From a bacterium (GTDB lineage: Bacteria; SAR324; NAC60-12), in contig CBDBHR010000028.1 of NCBI GenBank assembly GCA_965205865.1, positions 416,001 through 480,000 of the forward strand: a stretch of DNA of 64,000 bases. Reading direction: 5' to 3'. This document shows positions 54,011 through 64,000 of the stretch, in pieces. Each line of letters opens with the position of its first letter. Positions within the stretch are counted from its first letter, which is position 1. The notes under the pieces were generated by a model, which was not told where the DNA came from, ran no database searches, and saw nothing but the letters and a program-made list of their open reading frames with translations. Position numbers and translations under genes: made by a program.

Positions 54011-56494
54011 ATGAGTACATACCATCCTAGCGAGATTGAGAGGAAGTGGCAGAAAAAATGGGAGGAAGACGGGCTTTATCGGACAACACCGTTTACTTCC
54101 AATCCAAAATTCTACATGCTGACCATGTTGCCTTATCCCTCAGGGGACTTACACATAGGGCACTGGTATGTCATGACTCCTTCTGATGGGATAGCTCGAT
54201 ACAAGCGTATGGAAGGCTATAATGTATTTTTTCCAATGGGTTTTGATGCATTTGGATTACCTGCAGAAAATGCGGCAATTAAGCACAATATTCATCCAAA
54301 AGAGTGGACTTATAAGAATATGGAACGCATGCGCGAGCAACTTCGTTCCATGGGGGCTATGTTTGTCTGGGAGCATGAAGTGGCCTCTTGTGATCCTGAC
54401 TATTACAAATGGAATCAATGGTTCTTTCTCAAATTTTATGAAAACGGGTTGGCTTATCGGGAATATGCACCAGTGGATTTTTGTACGACTTGTAATACAA
54501 CCCTTGCTAGGGAACAGGTAATCGGGGAGCAACGCCTTTGTGAACGTTGTGAAAATCCTGTTGTCAAAAGGGAACTCAATCAATGGAAACTGAAAATCAC
54601 CCAATATAGCGAAGAACTCTTGAATTTTGAGGAGATGGAGTGGCCGGAACCGGTTAAACTTATGCAGACCAAGTGGATTGGCAAAAGTGAAGGTGTTGAA
54701 TTCAGCCTCCAAGTTCCTGGACAAGATGGACAGGCTATTCGTGTCTTTACGACCCGGCCAGATACAGTTTTTGGCATGACATTTTGTGTGCTTGCGCCAG
54801 AGCATCCGTTAATTGAATTCATTACGACGGAAGAACAGAGTCAAGCAATGCGGGACTACAAGGAAATGGCTGTTCGAAAATCGGAAATTGAACGTACTGC
54901 AGAAGGAAAAGAAAAAGACGGAGTTTTTACGGGTACCTATACCATCAATCCGTTAAACCATCAGCGAATCCCAATTTGGGTTGCCGATTATGTGCTCGCA
55001 ACCTATGGGACGGGAGCCATTATGGCAGTTCCTGCCCATGATCAGCGTGATCTTGAATTTGCACGCAAATACCATCTCCCTGTCACAGTGGTCATTCGAC
55101 CGAAAGACACTAGCAAGGCCGTTCCAACCGGCGAGCAAATAAGCGAAGCCTTTGTCAGCAAAGAAGGTACGATCACGGTTAATAGTGGAGAATTTAATGG
55201 CTTGGAATGGCCACTTGGATTTGAAAAAGTAGCTGAATTCATGGAGGTGCAAGGTATAGGGGAACGGAAAGTCAATTTCCGTCTTCATGACTGGCTGGTC
55301 AGCCGGCAGAGGATGTGGGGGACTCCTATTCCGTTTGTGCATTGCTTTGATTGTGGAGCAGTGCCGGTTCCCTATGAAGATCTTCCTGTCACGCTACCCG
55401 ACGATGCCGAATTTAAACCAACAGGTGAGAGTCCGCTCAAATACCATGAAGGGTTTTTGAAAACAACTTGCCCACAATGCGGTACGCTGGCAGAACGGGA
55501 ATCCGATACAATGGACACGTTTTTCTGCTCATCTTGGTATTATTATGCGTATCTTTCACCTTATTGGAAAAAAGGGCAAAAACTGACACGAGACGAATTG
55601 CCTTGGGATAAAAAGCTCGGGGATTATTGGTTGCCTGTGGATCAATACACTGGAGGTATTGAACATGCCACGATGCATCTATTGTATTTTCGCTTCTTTA
55701 CCAAGGCGTTGGCAGATATGGGACTATTGCCATTTCGGGAGCCGACGAAAAGACTTTTCAATCAGGGAATGATTCTAGGAGAGGATCATGAGAAGATGTC
55801 AAAAAGCCGGGGAAATGTGATCAATCCCGACAGTATTGTCCAACAAAATGGAGTCGATGCGGTGCGAGCTTATTTGATGTTTATAGGACCATGGGAGGCC
55901 GGAGGTCCTTGGAACTCGAGAGGAATTGAAGGAATTGTCCGATTCCTCAAGGATGTTTGGAATCTTTCCGCTGCTCAAAATTCGGGGGCTACTGTATTTG
56001 ATGCGGAGGATATCAAATTGCTAAAAAAAACAACTCATCAAACTTTAAAGAAAGTCACCCAAGATTACAATCAATTTAAATTTAACACCGCCATCGCTGC
56101 CCTCATGAGTTTCCGCAACGTCATGAAGGAATTGGAGCAAAGGACATGTGCTACTCCCGTATGGGATCAAGCCTTGGATACTTTGCTTTTGATGCTTGCT
56201 CCCATCACTCCTCATATCGCTGAAGAACTGTGGCAGAAACGGCATGCTGGAGATTCTATCCATCTCCAGCAATGGCCACAATTTGATGAAGAACTTGCCA
56301 AAGAAAAATTTACCACACTTGTCGTGCAAGTAAATGGGAAGTTACGAGATCGATTGGAAATCCCCATGGATTTGGAACAATCTATGGTTGAAGAGAAAGT
56401 GCTCAGTTCTCCCAAAATTCAACCCTACGTGGCTGATCATACTATTCGTAAACTCATTGTAATCAAAAATAAACTTGTCAACATCGTTGTTTAG
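54011..56494 (+). CDS. leuS: Leucine--tRNA ligase
   Basis: PYPSGDLHIGH, FTTRPDT, YGTGAIMAVPAHDQRD, KMSKS. Confidence 0.98.
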   Translation: MSTYHPSEIERKWQKKWEEDGLYRTTPFTSNPKFYMLTMLPYPSGDLHIGHWYVMTPSDGIARYKRMEGYNVFFPMGFDAFGLPAENAAIKHNIHPKEWTYKNMERMREQLRSMGAMFVWEHEVASCDPDYYKWNQWFFLKFYENGLAYREYAPVDFCTTCNTTLAREQVIGEQRLCERCENPVVKRELNQWKLKITQYSEELLNFEEMEWPEPVKLMQTKWIGKSEGVEFSLQVPGQDGQAIRVFTTRPDTVFGMTFCVLAPEHPLIEFITTEEQSQAMRDYKEMAVRKSEIERTAEGKEKDGVFTGTYTINPLNHQRIPIWVADYVLATYGTGAIMAVPAHDQRDLEFARKYHLPVTVVIRPKDTSKAVPTGEQISEAFVSKEGTITVNSGEFNGLEWPLGFEKVAEFMEVQGIGERKVNFRLHDWLVSRQRMWGTPIPFVHCFDCGAVPVPYEDLPVTLPDDAEFKPTGESPLKYHEGFLKTTCPQCGTLAERESDTMDTFFCSSWYYYAYLSPYWKKGQKLTRDELPWDKKLGDYWLPVDQYTGGIEHATMHLLYFRFFTKALADMGLLPFREPTKRLFNQGMILGEDHEKMSKSRGNVINPDSIVQQNGVDAVRAYLMFIGPWEAGGPWNSRGIEGIVRFLKDVWNLSAAQNSGATVFDAEDIKLLKKTTHQTLKKVTQDYNQFKFNTAIAALMSFRNVMKELEQRTCATPVWDQALDTLLLMLAPITPHIAEELWQKRHAGDSIHLQQWPQFDEELAKEKFTTLVVQVNGKLRDRLEIPMDLEQSMVEEKVLSSPKIQPYVADHTIRKLIVIKNKLVNIVV

Positions 56495-56839
56495 TTATTT
56501 CAAATGATCTTGAAATTGAATTGCGCTCCAATGATTAGGACGTTTGAAATATCAAGATTTGGGAAGTTAAGGAAATCAGGGCTTTATGTTTTGTCCCAAA
56601 AATTTAATTTTATATTGCTAAACAGCAATTTATTTGTTACAAATATCGATTAAAAAAATTGTATAATCAATTCAATCGTTGAAAGATTCTTACCTGTTTT
56701 GAGAGAGTTATGCAGGATGTTGTGATCTGGTTCTTCGAACTTCATGGAAACTCAACAGAGAAATTGACCTCAGGATTGAAACCGATTCACGCAGATTAAT
56801 GCTGCGCTATAAAAGACTTCAGGCACGGGAACTTTCAAT

Positions 56840-57208
56840 ATGCCGACATTAAATCAACTGGTTCACAAAGGACGGGCAAATAAGACATCCAAATGCGATA
56901 CACCTGCTCTCCAGGGTTGTCCTCAAAAAAGAGGAGTGTGCATGAGAGTTTATACATCTACTCCAAAAAAACCGAATTCGGCTTTGCGGAAAGTGGCACG
57001 GGTTCGTTTGAGCAACGGGATTGAAGTGACAAGCTACATTCCTGGAATTGGACACAATCTACAGGAACACTCTGTTGTCCTGCTCCGTGGAGGACGGGTC
57101 AAAGATTTACCTGGGGTTCGCTATCACATAATTCGAGGTGCTTTAGACACAGTTGGAGTGTCCGATAGGAAGCAGGGGCGCTCAAAATACGGAACCAAAC
57201 GCAACTGA
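56840..57208 (+). CDS. rpsL: 30S ribosomal protein S12
   Basis: [20 protein letters not shown]. Confidence 0.99.
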   Translation: MPTLNQLVHKGRANKTSKCDTPALQGCPQKRGVCMRVYTSTPKKPNSALRKVARVRLSNGIEVTSYIPGIGHNLQEHSVVLLRGGRVKDLPGVRYHIIRGALDTVGVSDRKQGRSKYGTKRN

Positions 57209-57224
57209 GAGGTGAGCAAGTAAT

Positions 57225-57698
57225 ATGGCCAGACGGCATGCAGCAGAAAAAAGGGAGGTATTGCGAGATCCCAAATATAAAGATCAACTGGTCGGTAAGT
57301 TTGTCAATTGCCTAATGAAAAGCGGCAACAAAAGCACAGCTGAAAAGATTTTGTATGGTGCGTTTGAAATAATTAAAAAAAGAGAAATGGAAGCCCTACC
57401 CCTCGAAGTTTTTAGAAGTGCCGTTAAAAATGTGTGCCCGGTCTTGGAAGTGAAATCTCGTCGTGTTGGAGGATCCACGTATCAAGTTCCCATTGAAGTG
57501 AGATACGATCGCAGTCAGGCATTGGCAATTCGTTGGTTGATTTCATATGCAAATGGACGCAGTGGTAAATCAATGAGGGGAAAATTAGCTGAAGAATTAC
57601 TTGATGCTTTCCACAACAGAGGATCTTCCGTGAAGAAAAAAGAGGACACTCATAAGATGGCAGACGCGAATAAGGCATTTGCTCATTATCGATGGTAA
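57225..57698 (+). CDS. rpsG: 30S ribosomal protein S7
   Basis: [21 protein letters not shown]. Confidence 0.99.
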   Translation: MARRHAAEKREVLRDPKYKDQLVGKFVNCLMKSGNKSTAEKILYGAFEIIKKREMEALPLEVFRSAVKNVCPVLEVKSRRVGGSTYQVPIEVRYDRSQALAIRWLISYANGRSGKSMRGKLAEELLDAFHNRGSSVKKKEDTHKMADANKAFAHYRW

Positions 57699-57720
57699 CT
57701 TCGTTGCGTAGTAGCGTGTT

Positions 57721-59829
57721 TTGATTCACTCAAGATCCAGGCGAAATATTGGGATCATGGCCCATATCGATGCTGGAAAAACAACGACCACTGAACGGAT
57801 TTTGTACTTCACAGGACGGATTCACAAAATTGGAGAAGTTGACGACGGTGCTGCGACGATGGATTGGATGGAAGAAGAACAGGAGCGTGGAATCACCATC
57901 ACATTGGCAGCGACAACTTGTTTTTGGGAGGTGGACAATCAAGATTACGGGATCAATATTATCGATACTCCCGGGCATGTCGATTTTACTTTTGAAGTAG
58001 AGCGTTCCTTACGTGTTTTAGACGGAGTGATTGCAATATTTTGCGGAGTTGCAGGGGTTCAATCCCAATCAGAAACTGTTTGGCAGCAAGCAGATCGCTA
58101 CTTGATTCCACGGATTGCTTTTGTTAATAAAATGGATCGGGTTGGAGCTGATTTTTACAGAGTTCTGTCCATGATGGAGGAGAGACTTGGAGCGAAACCG
58201 GTGGCAATTCAGCTTCCCCTTGGTCAGGAAGACGACTTTCAAGGAGTGTTCGACCTGATCAAGATGAACGCCATTTATTTCGATGAAACGACGTTAAGGA
58301 CAGATTTCGGCATCAAAAATGTTCCCGAAGAGTATCGAGAACAAGTCGCTAAATATCGGGAGCATTTGTTGGAGGTCGTTGCAGAATTGGACGAGCATTT
58401 GATGGAGAAGGTCATAGAAGAAAAAGAGATTGATCCAAAAGAAATTGAGTCTGCTTTATGCCGAGGTACTTTGCAAAATCTAGTGATCCCGGTTTTATGC
58501 GGTTCCTCTTTTAAAAATAAGGGAGTACAGCCACTGTTAGATGCTGTGATCAAGTATTTGCCTTCTCCTTTAGATTTTCCAACAGTGACGGGGATCAATC
58601 CGGAGACGCATAGGAGCATTTCACTGAAAACAGTGGACGAGGAGGCGTTGTGCGCAATTGCTTTCAAGATTGCTTCGGATCCATTTGCCGGTCAATTAAC
58701 CTTTGTGAGAGTCTACTCAGGCATTTTAGAGTCAGGTAAATGGGTATACAATCCACTGAAAAAGAAAAGTGAGCGGATTGGATCGTTGTTGAAGATGCAT
58801 TCCAACAAGCGAGAAGAGGTAAACAAAATTGGTTCTGGGGATATAGGAGCTGTCCTTGGTTTTAATTTCACAACCACCGGGGATACTCTTTGTACAAAAA
58901 AAAAACCGTTACTCTTGGAACAAACCCATTTCCCCGAGCCAGTCATTGATATTGCCATTGAGCCGAAAACCAAAGCAGATCAGGTCAAGTTGGCACAAGC
59001 GCTGGAGAAGCTCACAAGAGAAGATCCTTCTTTCCATTCAAGAATCGAAGAAGAGACAGGTCAGACCTTGATTTCAGGAATGGGTGAGCTTCATTTGGAA
59101 ATTGTTGTAGGACGATTACAAAAGGAATTTCGGGTTGCTTGCAATGTGGGAAACCCCCGGGTGGCTTACCGGGAAACCATTACCACTGAAAAGCGCATCG
59201 AAAGTGAGGTGAATCAGGCGATTGGGGGAAAAGAACAATATGCTTATTGCCATCTGGAGTTAATCCCTTTGGAACCAAGAATGGGTTTCATATTTGAAAG
59301 CAAAGTACAGGGAGCGATTGAGGAGAGATTCATTGCAGCAATTGAACAGGGACTCGAAGAAGCCTTGGAAGGCGGGGTCCTTGCCGGATATCCATTAATC
59401 GATTTGAAAGCGGTGCTGCTTAAAGGAATTGCACTGGAAAATGTATCGACAGAGATGGCTTTCAAAATGGCTGGTTCTTTGGCTTTGAAAGAGGGGGTTC
59501 GGCAAGCCAACCCAGTGATTTTAGAACCCATCATGGAAGTAGAGGTCGTAGTTCCTATAAAATTTATGGGAGATGTCATCAATGACTTGAACGCCCGCAA
59601 GGGCCGTGTACGGGGAATGTCGGAACGTTCCGGTGCACAGGTTGTCTTGGCAGAGGTTCCTTTAGCCGCAATGTTCGGCTATTCCACAGATGTTAGATCG
59701 GCAACCCAAGGGCGTGCCGTATATTCAATGCAATTCAGCCATTATGAACCTGTTGTTAAAAAAATAATTGGGGACATAGCGAGGATATCTCAAAACCTTA
59801 GTATAAAAGAAATCTCAAGAGCTCGTTAA
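57721..59829 (+). CDS. fusA: Elongation factor G (divergent domain IV)
   Basis: [35 protein letters not shown]; located in the str operon. Confidence 0.95.
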   Translation: MIHSRSRRNIGIMAHIDAGKTTTTERILYFTGRIHKIGEVDDGAATMDWMEEEQERGITITLAATTCFWEVDNQDYGINIIDTPGHVDFTFEVERSLRVLDGVIAIFCGVAGVQSQSETVWQQADRYLIPRIAFVNKMDRVGADFYRVLSMMEERLGAKPVAIQLPLGQEDDFQGVFDLIKMNAIYFDETTLRTDFGIKNVPEEYREQVAKYREHLLEVVAELDEHLMEKVIEEKEIDPKEIESALCRGTLQNLVIPVLCGSSFKNKGVQPLLDAVIKYLPSPLDFPTVTGINPETHRSISLKTVDEEALCAIAFKIASDPFAGQLTFVRVYSGILESGKWVYNPLKKKSERIGSLLKMHSNKREEVNKIGSGDIGAVLGFNFTTTGDTLCTKKKPLLLEQTHFPEPVIDIAIEPKTKADQVKLAQALEKLTREDPSFHSRIEEETGQTLISGMGELHLEIVVGRLQKEFRVACNVGNPRVAYRETITTEKRIESEVNQAIGGKEQYAYCHLELIPLEPRMGFIFESKVQGAIEERFIAAIEQGLEEALEGGVLAGYPLIDLKAVLLKGIALENVSTEMAFKMAGSLALKEGVRQANPVILEPIMEVEVVVPIKFMGDVINDLNARKGRVRGMSERSGAQVVLAEVPLAAMFGYSTDVRSATQGRAVYSMQFSHYEPVVKKIIGDIARISQNLSIKEISRAR

Positions 59830-59847
59830 TCATATTAGGAGAAGAAC

Positions 59848-61047
59848 ATGGCAAAAGAACAATTTAATCGGTCCAAACCACATGTGAATATTGGGACAAT
59901 TGGGCACGTTGATCACGGAAAAACCACGTTGACCGCCGCTATTACAAAGGTTTTGAACATGAAGGGCATGGCAAAAGTGATGGAATTCGGTGAAATTGAT
60001 GCAGCTCCGGAGGAACGGGCTAGAGGAATCACGATTGCAACTGCTCATATAGAATATGAAACAGAAAATCGACATTATGCTCATGTGGATTGTCCAGGAC
60101 ATGCGGATTATGTCAAAAACATGATTACCGGCGCTGCTCAGATGGATGGTGCGGTAATTGTAGTATCTGCTGCCGATGGACCAATGCCTCAAACTCGCGA
60201 ACATATCCTCTTGGCCAGACAGGTGAATGTTCCTTATCTGGTAGTTTATTTGAATAAAGTCGATCAGGTGGATGATGAAGAACTGTTGGAACTGGTTGAA
60301 TTGGAAGTCCGCGAATTATTGAGCTCTTACGAATTTCCCGGAGACGATATTCCAGTGATCAGGGGTTCTGCATTACAAGCTCTGGAATCAGGAAGTACGG
60401 ACCCCACTAGTGGAGATTTCGTGTCTATCTTGGAGTTGATGGATGTAGTCGATAGATACATACCGGAACCGATGCGGGATTTGGATAAAGATTTCTTGAT
60501 GTCTGTTGAAGATGTTTTCACAATTTCTGGTCGAGGTACCGTGGCAACAGGTCGGATTGAACGGGGTATTGTCAAAGTTGGAGAAGAAGTAGAAATTTGC
60601 GGTATTCGAGATACCAAAAAAACCGTAGTCACAGGAGTAGAGATGTTCCGCAAGACCTTGAATGAGGGACAAGCCGGAGACAATGTCGGACTGTTGATTC
60701 GAGGGTTGAAACGCGATGAAGTTGAGCGCGGACAGGTGATTTGCAAGCCAGGAAGTATCACCCCACACACCAAATTTAAGGGGCAGGTTTATGTGCTCAC
60801 TAAAGATGAAGGTGGACGCCATACTCCGTTTTTTACCAACTATCGACCGCAATTTTATTTCCGTACCACAGATGTGACGGGAATGATCTATCTTCCTGAA
60901 AATATTGAAATGGTTATGCCTGGAGACAATGTGGAAATTACGGTAGAATTGATCACACCTATTGCAATGGAAAGGGAACTCCGTTTTGCAATTCGTGAAG
61001 GAGGACGAACTATCGGCTCCGGTGTTGTCACAGAAATTATTGCTTAG
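59848..61047 (+). CDS. tuf: Elongation factor Tu
   Basis: [31 protein letters not shown]. Confidence 0.99.
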   Translation: MAKEQFNRSKPHVNIGTIGHVDHGKTTLTAAITKVLNMKGMAKVMEFGEIDAAPEERARGITIATAHIEYETENRHYAHVDCPGHADYVKNMITGAAQMDGAVIVVSAADGPMPQTREHILLARQVNVPYLVVYLNKVDQVDDEELLELVELEVRELLSSYEFPGDDIPVIRGSALQALESGSTDPTSGDFVSILELMDVVDRYIPEPMRDLDKDFLMSVEDVFTISGRGTVATGRIERGIVKVGEEVEICGIRDTKKTVVTGVEMFRKTLNEGQAGDNVGLLIRGLKRDEVERGQVICKPGSITPHTKFKGQVYVLTKDEGGRHTPFFTNYRPQFYFRTTDVTGMIYLPENIEMVMPGDNVEITVELITPIAMERELRFAIREGGRTIGSGVVTEIIA

Positions 61048-61064
61048 AATAGTTGTGAGGCAGC

Positions 61065-61373
61065 ATGGAGCATAAAATTAAAGTTCGGTTCAAAGCATAC
61101 GACGATAAATTGTTGGATCAAACCGTCGGTGAAATCGCCCATACTGTTAAGAGAACAGGGGCTCAGATTGTTGGACCAATTCCACTGCCTACTCGAATCA
61201 ACAAATACACTGTTTTACGGTCTCCTCATGTCGACAAAAAGTCGCGAGAACAATTTGAAATGAGGACCCATAAACGCTTGCTTTATATACTTGATACCAC
61301 TCCACAGACAATGGATGCGCTCATGAAGCTTGATATTTCTGCAGGGGTGGATATTGCGATCAAACAGGAGTGA
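61065..61373 (+). CDS. rpsJ: 30S ribosomal protein S10
   Basis: [21 protein letters not shown]. Confidence 0.99.
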   Translation: MEHKIKVRFKAYDDKLLDQTVGEIAHTVKRTGAQIVGPIPLPTRINKYTVLRSPHVDKKSREQFEMRTHKRLLYILDTTPQTMDALMKLDISAGVDIAIKQE

Positions 61374-61417
61374 AGCATGGAATATGGTTTGAGAATAGTT
61401 AAATGTGAAGGAAAATA

Positions 61418-62041
61418 ATGGCAAAATTTCCGATTTTCCATTTTGACAATACTGCTGTTGGAGAGATTGAATTCAGCGATCAATTGCTGGAAACGCCTTA
61501 TAAACCTCATTTGATCCAAGAGGCTGTTGTGCATTATCTCGCTGGTCAGCGTCAAGGCACTCATGCTACCAAAGCACGATCTCAAGTGTCTGGCAGTACA
61601 AGAAAACCATGGAAACAAAAAGGGACAGGACATGCGCGAACAGGCAGTACTAAATCCCCTATCTGGCGTCAAGGTGGAGTAGTTTTTGGTCCTCATCCGA
61701 GGAGTCATGCCAAATCGATCAACAAAAAAGCGCGCAAACAGGCATTGTGTTCTGCTCTTGCGGAGAAAGTTCGCAATAATCAAATTATCGTCTTGAATCA
61801 CCTACAACTGGAAGACCATAAAACCAAATTGTTTCAAGCAATTCTTGTCAATCTGGAATGTCCGCAAGTTCTTATTGTCGTTGATGAATTGCCACGAAAT
61901 TTACAATTGGCAGCCCGTAATCTTCCTCTGGTTCAAGTCATTAATTATCACACGTTAAACGTATATAAGTTGCTGCGGTACGCAAAAGTGATATTTATCA
62001 AAAATGCACTCAGCGCTGTCGAACAAAGATTATTGTCATGA
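61418..62041 (+). CDS. rplD: 50S ribosomal protein L4
   Basis: RQGTHATK.RSQV, KPWKQKGTGHAR, GGVVFGP. Confidence 0.98.
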   Translation: MAKFPIFHFDNTAVGEIEFSDQLLETPYKPHLIQEAVVHYLAGQRQGTHATKARSQVSGSTRKPWKQKGTGHARTGSTKSPIWRQGGVVFGPHPRSHAKSINKKARKQALCSALAEKVRNNQIIVLNHLQLEDHKTKLFQAILVNLECPQVLIVVDELPRNLQLAARNLPLVQVINYHTLNVYKLLRYAKVIFIKNALSAVEQRLLS

Positions 62042-62325
62042 ACCTCTACAATGTTATTAAACGACCCCTGCTGACTGAAAAAACGACTTGGCATCATGAA
62101 TTTTCTAACCAAGTCATTTTTCAGGTGCAAAAACATGCTAACAAAGTGCAAATCAAAGAGAGCATTGAAAAAGCTTTTAATGTGACTGTCCTTCAGGTCC
62201 AGACGATTAATGTCAAAGGGAAACCAAAAAAGTTGGGGCGCTATCTGGGAAAACGGTCTGATTGGAAAAAAGCAATCGTGACTTTGAAAGAGGGTGATAA
62301 AATCGAATATTTTGAAGGTGCGTGA
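62038..62325 (+). CDS. rplW: 50S ribosomal protein L23
   Basis: PLLTEK, WKKAIVTL. Confidence 0.98.
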   Translation: MNLYNVIKRPLLTEKTTWHHEFSNQVIFQVQKHANKVQIKESIEKAFNVTVLQVQTINVKGKPKKLGRYLGKRSDWKKAIVTLKEGDKIEYFEGA

Positions 62326-62344
62326 CTGCAATAGGTAAAGAATT

Positions 62345-63169
62345 ATGTCGATTAAAAAGTATAAGCCAACCTCGCCAGGCCGACGGGGAATGAGTGGCTT
62401 TGGATTTGAAGAAATCACGACATCGAAACCGGAAAAATTATTGTTGGCGCCTCTAAAAAAAAAGGGGGGGCGTAACAACCACGGACGAATTACAGTTCGT
62501 CATCGTGGAGGTGGCCATAAACGCCGATACCGCATCATTGACTTCAAACGAAACAAGTTTGATATACCTGCAAAGGTGTTAACTATTGAATATGATCCCA
62601 ACCGCAACGCTAGGATATCATTAGTTCGCTACATTGATGGGGAAAAACGTTACATTATCACTCCAGAGGGTTTGAAAGTCGGAGATACAATCATCGCTGG
62701 CACTCAAGCGGAAATCCGAGTTGGAAATACTATGCCGTTGAAAAATATTCCTTTGGGCACCGTTATTCATTGTGTGGAACTCAGGCCACGAAAAGGTGCT
62801 CAGTTGGCGAGGAGTGCTGGTGCTTCCTTACAATTGATGGGAAAAGATATAGACTATGTTCAGTTGAAACTGCGTTCCGGAGAAATTCGAACGGTGCGTG
62901 CAGAATGTTTGGCAACTATCGGCACGGTGGGCAATGCCGAATATATGAATATGAAGCGAGGCAAAGCGGGCCGATGTCGATGGATGGGAATTCGGCCCAC
63001 AGTACGTGGAGTGGTGATGAATCCTGTTGATCATCCGCATGGTGGTGGAGAAGGCCGCACTTCAGGAGGACGGCACCCTGTCAGCCCATGGGGAGTGCCA
63101 ACTAAAGGATATCGAACTCGAAACAATAAAGCCACCGACAAATATATCATCCGGAGACGTAATGCATAA
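62345..63169 (+). CDS. rplB: 50S ribosomal protein L2
   Basis: [19 protein letters not shown]. Confidence 0.99.
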   Translation: MSIKKYKPTSPGRRGMSGFGFEEITTSKPEKLLLAPLKKKGGRNNHGRITVRHRGGGHKRRYRIIDFKRNKFDIPAKVLTIEYDPNRNARISLVRYIDGEKRYIITPEGLKVGDTIIAGTQAEIRVGNTMPLKNIPLGTVIHCVELRPRKGAQLARSAGASLQLMGKDIDYVQLKLRSGEIRTVRAECLATIGTVGNAEYMNMKRGKAGRCRWMGIRPTVRGVVMNPVDHPHGGGEGRTSGGRHPVSPWGVPTKGYRTRNNKATDKYIIRRRNA

Positions 63170-63178
63170 GGAGAGTTC

Positions 63179-63457
63179 ATGCCTCGATCTTTGAAAAAAG
63201 AACCTTTTGTTGATAGCCATTTAGAAAAAAAAATTTTCGCTGCCCAAGAAAAGCAAGATCGTAAATTGATCAAAACCTGGTCTCGTCGCTCAATGATCAC
63301 TCCCGACTTTATCGGACTCAATATTGCGGTCCACAACGGTAAGCAATTCATCCCCATCTTTGTTACTGAGGAAATGGTGGGTTACAAATTGGGAGAATTT
63401 GCTCCAACACGTACATACCGCGGACATACCAGTAAAACCGATAAGCGGACACATTGA
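63179..63457 (+). CDS. rpsS: 30S ribosomal protein S19
   Basis: [15 protein letters not shown]. Confidence 0.99.
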   Translation: MPRSLKKEPFVDSHLEKKIFAAQEKQDRKLIKTWSRRSMITPDFIGLNIAVHNGKQFIPIFVTEEMVGYKLGEFAPTRTYRGHTSKTDKRTH

Positions 63458-63466
63458 AAATTAATT

Positions 63467-63805
63467 ATGGAAGCAAGAGCACTAGTCAGAAATGTTCGAA
63501 TAGCTCCGCGAAAAGCGCGTTTGGTGTTGAATTTGATCCGGAGAAAAGATGTCCTCCAAGCTTTAGCCTTTCTTGAAGCAACTCATCGAAAGGCGGTACC
63601 TGTCGTAAAGACACTGCTCAAATCGGCGATTGCAAATGCTGATGAAATTCACCCGCATGTGGATGTCGACAACTTGATTATTATAGCAGCTTATGCAGAT
63701 GAAGGAGCAACTCTGAAACGCTTCAGAGCACGGGCAATGGGACGTGGTGCCCGAATCAACAAACGCACCAGTCATATTACTTTGATTGTTGGAGATACGA
63801 TCTAA
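63467..63805 (+). CDS. rplV: 50S ribosomal protein L22
   Basis: APRKARLV, RAMGRGARINKRTSHI. Confidence 0.99.
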   Translation: MEARALVRNVRIAPRKARLVLNLIRRKDVLQALAFLEATHRKAVPVVKTLLKSAIANADEIHPHVDVDNLIIIAAYADEGATLKRFRARAMGRGARINKRTSHITLIVGDTI

Positions 63806-63828
63806 TTTTCTTGTTTATAGAGGCAATT

Positions 63829-64000
63829 GTGGGTCAAAAAGTTAATCCCATCGGGTTGAGGCTTGGCATAACGCATACTTGGAATTCAAAGTGGTATGCA
63901 GAGAAAAAATATGTGGAACATTTGAAAGAAGATATAGATATTCAAAAATTCGTTAAGAAGCAACTCAAACATGCGGCAATTTCGAAAATAGAAATAGAGC
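63829..64000 (+). CDS. rpsC: 30S ribosomal protein S3 (partial, runs off the window)
   Basis: GTG start; MGQKVNPIGLRLGI. Confidence 0.97.
   Translation, partial: MGQKVNPIGLRLGITHTWNSKWYAEKKYVEHLKEDIDIQKFVKKQLKHAAISKIEIE

Overview
Bacterial chromosome window. The 16S and protein sequences look deltaproteobacteria-like and my impression is SAR324, but this is unverified. 1-7.7 kb is a more GC-rich accessory block: an SNF2/DEAH helicase running off the left edge (absent from the ORF track), an HpcH aldolase fragment, a possible group II intron 3' remnant and a peptide-type ABC transporter lacking ATPases. 7.8-8.9 kb is a repeat-rich intergenic zone. 9-38.6 kb holds core and metabolic genes: lspA, hisS, UDG, hslUV, larC, an M23 peptidase, a frameshifted purM, a liv-type ABC transporter, mltF, an FAD oxidoreductase, an ankyrin protein, an mltD-like gene, tgt, ate/bpt, a tail-less ftsZ, clpS, a HAD hydrolase, a CoA transferase, MoxR/VWA, a frameshifted haloalkane dehalogenase and DUF924. 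39-46 kb is a LytTR regulator facing away from a Lol-like ABC/TPR/beta-barrel operon. 46-48.2 kb carries repeats and decayed IS elements. The rest is a 16S-23S-5S-tRNA-Leu operon, leuS, the str operon with a divergent EF-G, and an S10 operon lacking rplC. The most notable signal is a 36-bp hairpin repeat (9 units at 6 loci). One copy is an apparently in-frame 12-aa insertion inside an enzyme gene and another lies in a gene's C-terminal tail. The same 36-mer is the core of a ~230-bp unit, present three times, that looks like promoter + structured RNA + terminator.
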